Positions 42,030 through 55,019 of a stretch of 64,000 nucleotides of DNA are shown piece by piece. Positions within the stretch are counted from its first letter, which is position 1; every line of letters starts with the position of its first letter. The notes below the pieces were generated by a model, which saw nothing but the letters and a program-made list of their open reading frames with translations, ran no database searches and was not told where the DNA came from. A program made the translations under genes and the position numbers. This stretch comes from Octopus vulgaris (Eukaryota), in the NCBI GenBank assembly GCA_951406725.2, contig OX597820.1, forward strand, positions 1,054,001 through 1,118,000, given 5' to 3'.

Positions 42030-44446
42030 GATCATCATCGTTTAACGTCCGTTTTCCATGCTGGCATGGGTTGGATGGGAGGCACAGGTGTGGCTGTGTG
42101 GTAAGAAGTTTGATTTGCAACCACTTGGTTTCAGTTTCAGTCCCACTGTGTGGCACCTTGGAAATGTCTTCTACTATAGCCTTGTGGGGGGGGGGGGGTC
42201 AACCAAAGCCTTAAGTGGATTTGGTTGAGGGAAACTGAAAGAAGCCCATCGTGTATATATACATATGTGTGTGTGTGTGTGACTGTTTGTATCCCCTGCC
42301 CCCGTACCATCACTTGACAACCGGTGTTGGTGTGTTTACATTCCCGTAACTTTGTGGTTCAGTAAATGAGACCAATACAATAAGTAAGTTTTAAAACAAT
42401 AAGCCTAAAAAATTAAAATTCTTCAAGGTGGTGCCCCAGCATGGCCACAGTCAAATGACTGAAACAAGTAAAAAGATTTTAAAATATGTATGTATGTTTA
42501 TATATGTGTGTGTATGTATTTTATTTCTTTTCTGTCCCTTCTGATATCTCTAGGTCTGTTAGAGTCCCATATTGGATAAGTCCATCCGCATTGCATACAG
42601 AAATGCACACATGCATATTGACACACCCCTGTGCATTGCATTCCCATTCATGCACACACACACACACACACATACAAACATACATATACATACACAATGT
42701 CTTTTATCACAATTTTCCTGTTATTACAGCTTGTATTAAATCACAACCACCACCACCACCACCGCTACCATTATCGCCACCATCGCCGCCACCCCCACCC
42801 CCCACCATCGCCGCCACCACCTCCACCACCACCATCACCGCCACCGATACCACTATCGCCACCATCGCTGCCACCCCCCACCCCCAGCATCGCCGCCACC
42901 ACCACCTCCACTTAAATCTCCTCCATAAGTTCAGTACATGGGTGGAGCGGTGCCGTGGAGGGGATTGGACTTATTCAACGTTGTTATCTTGTTCCTATAA
43001 TCACAGATAATGGTTCACAAACAAGAAACACTTAACACCAGCTTCCACATCACCATCATCACCATCATCACCATCACTCCTGCTACTACTACTACTACTA
43101 CTAATAATAATAATAATAGTAATAATCGTAATACCATTATCATGTTTAGCTTTATCTTGGATCCTGTTATTGAGCCTCAGTGTGGCTACTCAGCTTGATT
43201 TGCTAGAAACAGCAGTCAAATTCTTGTTATATTTGACAGTATTGTCTTTACAAAGAAACAGGAAGGACACATGAGATAGCATTGTCCCAAATACATCCCC
43301 AAAAGATGTGGCTTAAATTCCTTCAATCATATAAATAATGTAGTCTTAGCTCCTTGGGCAAGTGTCTTAACCCAGGACAGACCAAAGCCTTGTGGGTGGT
43401 TTTACTAGAGAAACACTGAAAGAAGCTTATCAAGTATTTTTATGTAATGTGTGTGTGTGTGTGTGTGTGCATCCAGCCATAAAACCATGCCAAAACACAC
43501 ACAGAAACCTGGTGTAGTCTTCTGCTTGGCCAGTTTCTCTCAAATCATCCAACCCATACCAGCATGGAAGACAGACGTTAAATGATGAGGAGGAGGATGA
43601 TATTTGTATGCATGCATCAATATGTTTGTGTCTCCTTGCATTGCCATTGTGTGATAGTTGTAAATGAGAGTGCCTGACATACAAGCAGTGTCGATCATTT
43701 CAATATGCTTCAAAAACATGTCTGGCCTTAGGGAAATATTACTTTGTTCGGAAACAAGTGAAGGGTTGGCAGTAGAAAGAGCATCCAGCCATAGAAGACT
43801 TGCCTCAAATAAACTCTGTCCAACCCATTCAATCATAAAAAAGTGGACATTACAGAGATGATGGTTCATTTTAATCTTTGCTTTCTTCCTCTCACCCAAC
43901 ATAAAAATATTGAGTTTCTTCGTAGACTTTTTTAATACAGGGAGAGAAAAGTCAGTGGTGGTAATAGTTTTTGAACCCCACTATTTATAGGGGGAAGAAT
44001 TAAGGATAAATAGCTGAGATTAATGCAGGCTTTGAACTGATGTACCCAAGGATAAGAGAAGAGTACAAAAACAGGGGGAGGAGGGGGATTTCGGGGGAAG
44101 AAGGATTGGATAAATATGTTTTGCAAAAAAAGCAAAAAAAATTCACCTACTTACTCTCACACACGATATTCTGAAACTCTGACATGCATAGAGAATGTTA
44201 CACTTATAAGCTATGTGACATGTATACACATATACATTCATACACACACACACACATATACACACATACATACACATACAGACAGACATAATTTCCACAT
44301 GTGATCTGTTCCTTCCTTCATAGCAGATTCCTGTTCTACTAATATGGCTTTAATAGTTCTAACTTGTTGACCTTTCTGACACTACACTGCTGACCCCCAC
44401 CACTTTCATGGGCTTTATACTTCCTCCCTCAAACACTCAGACATGT

Positions 44447-44495
<49 letters not shown>

Positions 44496-44523
44496 GACAC
44501 ACATACACATGCAATTGTTGTAT

Positions 44524-44555
<32 letters not shown>

Positions 44556-44874
44556 CACAGACCTTCCTATTCAATTAAATATCACTTGAATATATTGTTG
44601 ACCTTTGAGTCTACAGAACCTCATTCTCCACTTTGTCAGATCGTGTATACCACTCTGCCGTTTCCTTCCTTTGGATCAATTCAGCCACTCTAAACACACA
44701 CACACACACGCACACATGCACGCACACACACAGACACACACACACACACACACACTTACATACATACATGCATACATGATTACTTTCCTGTAACAGACAA
44801 CTTCATATAGTGAGAATCATTGAATTCATTTAGAATTTCAAACAGACATTAACACAGCCATTATATATGTGGGC

Positions 44875-44927
<53 letters not shown>

Positions 44928-45357
44928 TTGTCTCTCCGGCTTCTGTCATTGGACAGTGGCATTGCTAAGGCACTGCCCTAAAGGGTTTAGCTGAATAAAT
45001 CAACAGCAGGACTTATTTCAGTATTCAAGTCTGATACTTATTTTTATTCACATATTTTGCTAAACCACTAGGTTACAAGGACATAACAAAACCAACACTG
45101 GCTGCCAAGTGGTAGAGGAACAAACACAAACATCGACACACACATAAACACACAGAGATTTATATTAATCACTGGTAAGGTCACTCTATTTCATTTTGCA
45201 ACCATAATATACTACCAAGTATATTAAAGGGTTATAAGTCAACACTCTGTCCTACCTGTGTTAGCAGTGCATTGTTTACATACATATATTCATATACCAA
45301 ACATAACTTTCTGTGCTAGCTCTAAATTCTATTATAAAATCTGTAGAGATACACCTA

Positions 45358-45397
<40 letters not shown>

Positions 45398-45400
<3 letters not shown>

Positions 45401-45526
45401 TCAAAACAACTGTTAGCCACGGGCAAAGCTCTTATCTATTAACACTCCTCACATACTGTGGGGAGGTTGTCTCCCTTGTCAGTCAATAGATAAGTGCTTG
45501 CCCATGGCTAAGAGTTGTTTTGACTC
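45398..45526. repeat. Inverted repeat, ~43-bp arms, next to (TA)n
   Basis: gagtcaaaacaact...ttatctatt / aatagataa...agttgttttgactc. Confidence 0.9.
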
Positions 45527-45628
45527 TTATTTTTAGCAATTCTGGTAGTGATTTGCACCCTCAGTCACTTCAATGACATTTACAGTTGTACCTTTTGTTT
45601 TTGAAATTGATAATAGCCACTTTAATAA

Positions 45629-45676
<48 letters not shown>

Positions 45677-46255
45677 CTCTTATTGTAAAAGTGTCATAAG
45701 TCCTAAATATTGCTTTTTCAGAAAACAAAAAAAATAGTTTCACCATTCCATAGCAAAACCATTGTACTATTGTTTGACAATTTTTAATATCTTGGCATCT
45801 GAAGCAGCAGGAGATACGATAGTTTGATCTAAAGAACCGGCTATTGTAAGCGAAAATAAATATTGAAAAATACGCATTTGGCCAAATTTGGACATACGAC
45901 AGTTTAACATAATAGTAACAATATGTGTGTGTGTGAGAGGCTTCCTCACAGTTTCTTTCTACCAGTTTAACTAATTTTCTTAATTTCAGATTATTTCTGT
46001 TCAGTGTTCATGTGTCACACATTGAGGAATTCTAAAAGTAGATTTATGCCAACGATTTCTCTCCTAATTCCACAATCCAAGACTGCAATCACGTGTTAAA
46101 GTTCTTTGGTTCTGTTGACTGACTAGTTCCAGTTTTTGTTTCTAACCAAAAATCTAGAATGATCCAGATCCCTCTTACGAGACCTTCTGTTATATTAGTT
46201 GCTTTATGGAAATGTTTTCTCCTTGCAGATATCTGTCAACCAAATCAACTGAATC

Positions 46256-46315
46256 ATGGGTGTTTTAGCTGGTCTTGTACGATGCCTGTTCATCCTCTTT
46301 AATTTCATCTTCTGG
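46256..46315 (+). CDS. Tetraspanin, first coding exon (MGVLAGLVRCLFILFNFIFW); exon starts at 46229 with 27 nt of 5'UTR
   Basis: Acceptor ttttctccttgcAG ends at 46228, ATG at 46256, donor TGG|GTAAGT at 46316 (phase 0). FNFIFW is the tetraspanin TM1 signature, and the intron after the W is typical of the family. Confidence 0.93.
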
Positions 46316-46388
46316 GTAAGTTCCTTTCATTCATCTCACTTAATCGCTTTCTTATCAATGGCTTTTGTTTTATCAATGGAAATATGTG

Positions 46389-46735
46389 CTATAACACTCT
46401 TCCACATCTACAAAAACAGCCATACCAACAATCCAACATACCTCCATCATCAGCTGCCCCACAGATATCATTATGGTTTCGACACCCAGGCAGTAACCAT
46501 TCAATCCGGTGGTGTCAACAGCACTAAAAGAAGTGCTGCTTGGGAACAAACATACCAAAAAGCAAAACACACAACTTTCAAACACATTTACCCAATGTAC
46601 AACAATATTCAATCAAGTAGAGGCAGGGTTAAACACTAGCTTTAAAATTAAACTGCAACAAAGAAACACTTAATTCTACGGAGATCTGTATTGGTATTAA
46701 TAGTAAACCTACAATGACTAAATTGTATACTAAAT
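46389..46735 (-). repeat. Second copy of the 347-bp repeat, 73 nt into the tetraspanin intron
   Basis: See 8391-8737. Confidence 0.95.
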
Positions 46736-47127
46736 AGCAACCAATCTTTAAGTCCATACAAATAATAATACCACCAGTCTTCCATAATTACTACTATAAT
46801 AAAAGAAAGTGAAAGCTTTATTTCAATTCTCTCCAAAACAAAACCCAACTGAATTTAATTTAATGAATAATATAATAATTATGAGTGAAATACATTATTT
46901 CATAATTCAAAAGTTAATAATAAAAGCACTAGCATCATTTCACACCTGTTTTCCATTCTGACCAGAGTAGGGTGACTTGACAGAATACGTTGGGCTGCAA
47001 GGTTGAGCCAAGCTCCAATGTCGGTTTCTACCATTGAATACCATTCCTAATGCCGACCACTTCCTGGTGTCTACTGTGCGCTTCTTTTTGTGCCACTGGC
47101 CATAATGAAGCCACCAAGTTATAACCC

Positions 47128-47340
47128 TTTCTACTATGGGCACAAGGCCTGAAATTTGTAGGGAAGGGAGAATAGTCGATTACATCGACTCCAGTGCATA
47201 ACTGGTACTTAATTTATAGACCCCCAAAAGGATGACAGGCAAAGTCAACCTCGGTGGAATTTGAACTCAGAACATAGCGACTGATGAAATACCGCTAAGC
47301 ATTTCGTCCAGCGTGCTAACGATTCTGCCAGCTTGCTGCT
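47128..47340 (-). mobile_element. SINE family B
   Basis: Reverse-complement match. Confidence 0.85.
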
Positions 47341-47790
47341 TTAGGTTACCAAGTAATAATACAAGAAAGAGACACGAAACAAGAAGAAAGTCTCGTTGAT
47401 TAAGGGCAGGAGGAAGAATTTGAGAGTTGGGAAGAGGTTTTGATAGAGGAGCCAATCCAGGTGTTTTGCTACAGAGGAGAGACATAGCTACCCAGCATTA
47501 TATCAGGGTAGGTGGGAGTAACTAGGAAGAAGATAATGATGGGATCCCAAAGCAGATATTCAAAGTATAAGAAAGTGAGCATAAGAGGAGAAGATATGGA
47601 TAATGGATTGGGGGGGGGGCAGTGAGGAGAAGTGTGAGGGGAGAGTGGCAAAGGGTTAGAAGTGGGGATGGAGAAGAATAAATTCTTCATCACAAACTTT
47701 GAGCTTTTCTTCTTAATTTCCTTTGTATTCCGTATCCCATTTTGGAACCATTTGTCTTTGACCATCTTTCTTAAACATCTTTTCTGCTAC

Positions 47791-48187
47791 AGGCACAGGA
47801 GTGGCTGTGTGGTAAGTAGCTTGCTTACCAGCCACATGGTCCCGGGTTCAGTCCCACTGCTTGGCACCTTGGGCAAGTGTCTTCTACTATAGCGTCGGGC
47901 TGACCAAAGCCTTGTGAGTGGATTTGGTAGACGGAAACTGAAAAAAGCTCATCATATATGTATATATGTATGTGTGTGTATATGTTTGTGTGTCTGCGTT
48001 GGTCCACCCCAACATCGCTTGACAACCGATGCTGGTATGTTTACATCCCCGTAACTTAGCGGTTTGGCAAAAGAAACCAATAGAATAAGTACTAGGCTTA
48101 CAAAGAATAAGCCCAGGGGTCAATTTGCTCAACTAAAGGCAGTGCTCCAGCATGGCCACAGTCAAATGACTGAAACAAGTAAAAGAG
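47791..48187 (+). mobile_element. SINE family A, full length (tRNA-like head, internal (TA/TG)n, 3' ...tgactgaaacaagtaaaagag)
   Basis: A box TGGCTGTGTGGT and B box GGTTCAGTCCC; more than 20 related copies or fragments in the window. Confidence 0.92.
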
Positions 48188-48534
48188 TATAGGCCTGAAA
48201 TTTGGTGGGCGGGGGGTGGGGGTGCTAATTGTTTACATTGACCCCACAGCACAATTGGTCCTTATTTCAGTGACTCCAAAAGAATGACAGGCAAAGTTAT
48301 TAATATCAATAACATGTAACCATTTCCTTTATAGGTCAGCACCTAATCCAAGCTTTAAATCTGATAGTTTGGGGATTAAGTAATCTCTCTTGTAATACTG
48401 TTATCCATTGAAATTCTAATTTGATGTGTTTAGGTTAGGGTCTGCTAAGAGCCCCAGGATGCATAATGCCAGAGCTTAACCGGGTTTCTATGACATATAA
48501 ATGACTGAAACTAGTCGCTGATCTATAAATTAGA

Positions 48535-48839
48535 AAATTACTATTTCTAAATCTCACAATGAGAGATATTCAGCAGCAGTACTTCGGAGTAAAGATTGTT
48601 TGCCAACATAACATGGCAGTCCTGGTTTAGGACGAATGTTGCTGTAATTTAGCCCCAGGAGACATCGTCTCCAGCTGGCTATACAACACGATCTGTGTCC
48701 TTATATTTTCGAACCTCTATGTAATTTAGCCCCAGCAACATTCATCCTAAACCAGGACTGCCATTTTATGTTGGTAAATAATCTTTACTCCAAAGTACGG
48801 TTGCTGAATATCTCTCGTGAGATTTACAAGTAGTAATTT
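48535..48839. repeat. Inverted repeat, ~108-bp arms, 88-nt loop
   Basis: atggcagtcctggtttagga/tcctaaaccaggactgccat and further matching blocks. Confidence 0.92.
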
Positions 48840-49347
48840 GCAAATGAAAACCTATCCTACTTTACCTAAAAGCCACTGAACAAACTCAAGTACCACTTAC
48901 ATATCTAAGATAACAAAAAAAATTCTCTCCTGCATCCAAGACAAAGCCATTTATGTAGGTACCACGAGGTTTTGTAGCATTTATCTACAGGTAAATATTT
49001 TCATCATTAACTAGTTATAACGACAGTATTTCCTCTTCCATCTCATCTATTATTACTGTAGTTCTTATTCTTCTATTAGTAAAATATATATATATATAAT
49101 ACCCACATGTGCAGAAACACTCAACACTATTCTGTATATGATTGGCTTCCCACAGTTTCCATTTGCAAAATTCATTCACAAGGATTCAATTAGCACAGGT
49201 ATATAAAAAAAAATATTTACCTGAATGCCACATAGTGGGACTTAACGTAAAACGATGCAATGGTAAAACAAACTTTGGGACCAGACAACCATGTTTGAAA
49301 TACAAGGGACAGATATCTCCTACCCATTAAGAAAATATATGTATATA

Positions 49348-49720
49348 GGCACAGGAGTGGCTGTGTGGTAAGAAGCTTGCTTCTCAACCACATGGTTCCA
49401 GGTTCAGTCCCACTTTGTGGCACCTTGGGCAAGTGTCTTCAACTGTAGCCTCAGGCTGAACAAAGCCTTGTGAGTGGATTTGGTAGATGGAAACTGAAAG
49501 AAGCCCATCATATATGTGTGTGTGTTTGTCTCCCCACCATCACTTGACAACCAATGTTGATGTGTTTATGTCCCGGTAACTTAGTGGTTCAGCAAAAAAG
49601 ACACCAATAGAATAAATATTAGGCTTACAGAAAATAAGCCCTCAGGAAGATGTGTTTGACTAAAGGCCGTGCTCCAGAGTGGCCACACTCAAATTACTGA
49701 AACAAGTAAAAGAATAAAAG
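49348..49720 (+). mobile_element. SINE family A
   Basis: Full-length match. Confidence 0.88.
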
Positions 49721-49972
49721 AACAAAAGAATGTCTGATAATAATAGTGATCATCATCATCATCATTATTATTATTATTATTACTATTGTTATTACTATTG
49801 TTATTAAGGTGGTGAGCTGGCAGCCGGGTGAAATGCTTAGCTGTATTTCGTCTACCTTTACGTTCTGAGTTCAAATTCTGCCAAGGTTGACTTTGCCTTT
49901 CATCCCTTCAGGGTCGATAAATTAAGTACCAGTTGCATACTGAGGTCGACCTAGAGTAGAAAAGAATAGTAA

Positions 49973-51170
49973 CCATCACCATCGTTTAATGCCCGTTTTC
50001 CATGCTGGCATGGGTTGGAAGGTTTGAGAGGAGTTGACGAGTCTGAAGACTGCATTGAGCTCTGCCGTCTGCTGTGGAATGGTTTCTATGGTCAGATGAT
50101 CCTTCCTAATGCCATCTCACTTCACAGAGTGTAATGGGTGCTTTTCACGTGGCACCATCTCTAGCAGGGTCATCAAGTAAGGTTCAGACGCCTCACCTGA
50201 GGTGGGGAGTGGTATCGAGGGAGGTGGCTTTGTGCCAGGTGTGATGATGAGGTTAGAGTATGAATAGAGAGAGAGGAAGAGGTGTCTTGCAGTGGAGGAG
50301 ACACATGGCTTCCCCAGTTGGAGGGAGTGGAGAGGGAGGGGAGAGAGAGAAAGAAGATGGTGGAGATATGATGGGGTGTACACCCAAGGTACAGGGAAAT
50401 ATAGCAGGGCTGTGGAGTCGGAGTCAGTCATGGAGTCAAAGTAGGAGTTGGAAACAATTAAGGGGTAGCTGGAGTCGGAGTCAGTAAAACTACACTGACT
50501 CCGACTCACAATGTCTTTATTCTCTTTAATCTAAACCAGTTATAACATACAAGGCCTACTCAGAGTACAAGCGTATGCATACGCTTTGTGAGATATGTAG
50601 ACTACAACCACTTAATTACATAAAGAGGAGTCGGAGGTGCCAACAGTAGAGGAGTCAGAGTTGGAGTCAAATTTTTTTGTTTTGACTCCACAGCTCTGAA
50701 ATATAGTGAAGTGGACGAGGAATTGGATTGGATGAGTGGGTGGGTGGGCAAATTGACGAGATTGAGGATGGAGAGTGAGAGATGGAGGGGAGTGGGAAAC
50801 ATTGTGGGTGGGCATGGATAGAGGGATGGCAGGGTGCTGGGAGGATATTTTGTGGGGAAGAGATTTGACCGGGGAATATTGTGTGCAGGTAGGTCTGCGA
50901 GGGAGAGTAAGGGGTAGAGGGGAGGGGGAATACAGTGAGTGGTGAGCAGAGGTCGGGGAGGGGGAGGTTCATGAAGGACAGTTTGCCTGCAAGGGCCTGG
51001 ACATAAGGGACTTTCCCCTTATGGCCCCCCAGTTGTGCAAGTCTTTTCAAACAGCAAATTGCCAATTGCTTCAGTCGTTTGTCATCTCCTCTCTGAACAT
51101 CTGGACATCGTTTTTCACCCCTTCACCCCATCTCTTCACCCCACATCTTCACCCCACATCTTCCAAGATC
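49973..51170 (-). mobile_element. Decayed RTE-related 3' fragment with a nested hAT MITE
   Basis: Family tail at 49973-50160; remnant resembling the VKND/EEMT C-terminus near 51080-51170. Confidence 0.55.
50405..50698. mobile_element. hAT-superfamily MITE
   Basis: TIRs CAGGGCTGTGGAGTC/GACTCCACAGCTCTG, perfect 8-bp TSD AAATATAG (50397-50404 and 50699-50706), and many subterminal GGAGTC motifs. Confidence 0.92.
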
Positions 51171-52944
51171 TTCCTTGTCGTAGCTTAGCTTCTTAACCAT
51201 CTCGTCTCAACGTCTACACAAGAGGAAAGATTTTCAAAGAAACTTGTCGTTGTGTCACAACCAGGTCAGTCTTGACAATTCCATGTTTTATTTTGCCAGC
51301 CTTAGTGTATCTAGGGTTACACTATTCAGTGTTCTATTTTTAATATGGTACAATGTGAGGGAGATTCGATTGTTATTTGTATCATAATGAAAGAAGGCTA
51401 TAAAATCTAAGTTGTCTATTTTTAACATCTGATCAATCCTGTTCAATTGAACTTATAATCAATAGCATTGTAGTTGTGAAGACCTCTCTCTATCTGGGAC
51501 AATGCTTTTTAATGTGGTCGAGGGCAGTGAGTGGGCAGAAGTGTTACACGGCTGGACGAAGTGCCACGGAGTTCAAATGTTGTCAAGGTCATTTTTTGCC
51601 TTTCATCCTCTCTGGGTCAATAAGTACCAGTTGTGCAATGGGGTCGATGAAATTAACCAATCAATTCTCTACTCCTAGCATTGCTGGCTTTGTGTCAAAA
51701 TTTGAAGGAACATTTTAATGTACTTCATTCAAATGGCTCAGTATGATCTGAAGGATTTGACTGCTATTTCTTGCAATGAAACTGGCACTGTAGAGACTCT
51801 ATCATTTGCTTAGCGATTTGAATAATTAGAAATAAAATCAAGTAATATAGTAATGAAAAATTAAAATAAATTTGTTTAATTAGTGTTAATAAATAATATA
51901 GGAAAGGCAGCGAGCTGTCAAAATCGTTAACAATCTAGACGAGATGCTTTGTGGCATTTCATCTGTCTTAACATTCCAGGTTCAAATTCTACCAAGGTCG
52001 ACTTTGTCTTTCATCCATTTGGGGTCACTGGAATAAGTACCAGTTGAACACTGGGGTCCCTCCACTCCCCCTAAAAATTGCTGGCCGTGTGCCGCAATGT
52101 GAGACCGATATATAATATAGATGAAGATAATGAGCTGACAGAATCGTTAGCATGGCAGAGTGCCTGGTGGTTATTTTATTTCGTCCTTTATATTGTGAAA
52201 TCAAATACTGATCCCCACCACATTGTCCAGCCTGGGGTGTGTGTGTGTGTGTGTGTGTATTTGTGTGAATGTGTGTCTATGTATGTATATTTGGGTGTAT
52301 GTGTATGTATTTATATTTGTGTGTGTATGTATGTATATTTGTGTGTGTGTGTCTTTGTCTTGATATCACATGACGATTGTAAATGAGCATCACCGTCATA
52401 CAAGTGGTGCTGTTAATTTTCTGTCTTCTATGAAAGAAAGACATGTCTGGCCATGTGGAAGCATTACGAAGGTTGGTGACAGGAAGAGTATCCAGCAGTA
52501 GAAAACCTGCCTCAGTGAAATCCATCCATGCCATGCCAGCATGGAAAAGTGGATGTTGATCCCACGCTGATTATAATGATTACATTGTATATGACTGATA
52601 AGAACGATGTAAATGCGATGTGTTGACATTAATTAGTAGAAAACATGTGGCCCCGGTTGCTGTTGAATGGAGACATACCAAGAGATTTTGCACAGAGATT
52701 TATGGGTTGTTGATAGATTGATAGTAAAACGAGAAGCCTTCACTTCCTCCTACAAAATACGACTGCATGGGAATACATCATCACCATCATCATCATCATC
52801 AAAGCTGAAACTTACACCCACATGCGTTTGAAATGTTAAATCATTTCCAGTGAGAAAATAAATTAGTTAGAAAAAAAAATTAAAGGAAAGAAGAAAAGTA
52901 TCTAAAACATGCATTCACATACAGAAGCATGCTTATATATATAT

Positions 52945-53092
52945 ATATATAATAACAATTTAATAAATAAAATATATGCATACAAACATACATATATGTA
53001 CGTACCTACATCTATATGTATACATACATACATATATGTACATACCTACATCTATATGTATACATACATACATATATGTACATACCTACATC

Positions 53093-53150
<58 letters not shown>

Positions 53151-53496
53151 TACTGGACACCACAGATTAAACGTAGAACACGAGAAACGAAAACATAAAA
53201 TCAAACTAGGAAACGGACTTTTTTTAACAACGAAAAAACAGAGTACAAGACAAACAATACAAGGAATATTCCCCTTCATCAGCTGCCCCTGGTTCGACTC
53301 AATACGTGTTTCGAAGGTAAGGGCAGAACACAATCCGGCTGAAGCAGTCCTTCCAGGGGCAGCTGATGAAGGGGAATATTCTTTGTATTGTTTGTCTTGT
53401 ACTCTGTTTTTTCGTTGTTAAAAAAAGTCCGTTTCCTTGTTTGATTTTATGTTTTCGTTTCTCGTTGTGTTCTACGTTTATTTGTGGTGTCCTGTA

Positions 53497-53542
<46 letters not shown>

Positions 53543-53620
53543 TGTATATATACATATAGATGTAGGTATGTACATATATGTGTGTATGCATATGTTTTAT
53601 TCATTAAATTGTTATTATAT
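52945..53620. repeat. Large inverted repeat (core 53147-53500, 60-nt loop) extending through both (TA)n tracts
   Basis: Core arms ~145 bp; outer flanks aataacaatttaat.../...attaaattgttatt also match. Confidence 0.92.
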
Positions 53621-53668
53621 GATTGAATGCCACGCGTTGTTTTCTTCTTCTTCTCCTCCAAGTAAGTT

Positions 53669-53714
<46 letters not shown>

Positions 53715-53739
53715 TATATATACATATACACATATATAT

Positions 53740-53770
<31 letters not shown>

Positions 53771-54310
53771 CATATACACATTATATATATATATACACAC
53801 ACATATATATAAACACACACACACACACACATATATATTTATATATATATATATATACACACATACACACACACATACACATATATATACATATACGATG
53901 TAGCTTCAAGCGTTACATTTGCACGCTGCATTTGGTAGTGGTCTCCATCATGTCGACGTGTCACGGCATGTCACTTCAGCCGCTACACATCCATACAAAC
54001 ACAGGCAATCACCACACATCAAATACTTATACACACCCTCGTATATATACACCCTTATACACTCACATGGATTACATACATAACAGTCTGTTTCATTTGC
54101 CATGTACATTTGTCCCATGGAGGTCATGTGTACATTACCGGCTTCTTCCAGTTTCCATCTACGAAATCCCCTCACAAGACTTTGATCATCTTGGGACCAA
54201 GTGGAAAACACTTATCCGAGCTGCAGCAATGAGGGATGGAACCTGAAACCACATAATTTGGAAGCAAACTTCTTAAACCACCTGACTTCTCCTATATTAT
54301 ATATAGGTTT

Positions 54311-54537
54311 AGGCGGTGAGCTGGCAGAAACGTTAGTGCGCCGGGCGAAATGCTTAGCGGTATTTTGTCTGTCGTTACGTTCTGAGTTCAAATTCCACCA
54401 AGGTCGACTTTGCCTTTCATCCTTTCGGGGTAGATAAATAAAGTATCAGTTTCACACTGGGTTGATGAAATCGACTTAATCCCTTTGTCTGTCCTTGTTT
54501 GTCCTCTCTATGTTTAGCTCCTTGTGGGTAGTAAAGA
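54311..54537 (+). mobile_element. SINE family B (tRNA-like head and central gcctttcatcctttcggggtcgataaa..aagtacc block)
   Basis: A-box-like TGGCAGAAACGTT and B-box-like AGTTCAAATTC; about 15 copies in the window. Confidence 0.88.
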
Positions 54538-54559
54538 AATATATATTATGTATAGGTTT

Positions 54560-54970
54560 TAAATTTTGGCACAAGGCCAGCAATTTCATGGGAGATGGTT
54601 AAGTTGATTACATTGACCTCAGAATTCAGCTGGTACTTATTTTATCAACCTCAAAATGACAACAGGCAAGGTCAGCCTAGGTGGGATTTGAACTCAGTAT
54701 GTAAAGACCAACAAAATGCTGCTAAGGATTTTGCCCAGTGTGCTAACGGTTCTTTTATTTTCCACTCTTGGCACAAGGCCCGAAATTTTGGGGGAGGGAG
54801 CCAGTCAATTAGATCGACCCCAGTACACAACTGGTACTTAATTTATCAGCCCTGAAAGGATGAAAGGCAAAGTCAACCTCGGTGGAATTTGAACTCAGAA
54901 CGTAAAGACAGACAAAATGCCACAAAGCATTTCGTCCAAAATGCTGACAGTTCTGCCAGCTTGCCGCCCT
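54560..54970 (-). mobile_element. Two tandem SINE family B copies
   Basis: Two consecutive reverse-complement matches. Confidence 0.82.
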
Positions 54971-55019
54971 TAACCACATAGACATTGTGTCTTGTCCCGT
55001 TCCTAGTTAAATGCCTGCA

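Noticed and set aside
47791-47875. tRNA gene
   Set aside because: A/B boxes run into a SINE body in many diverged copies; no intact cloverleaf was seen.
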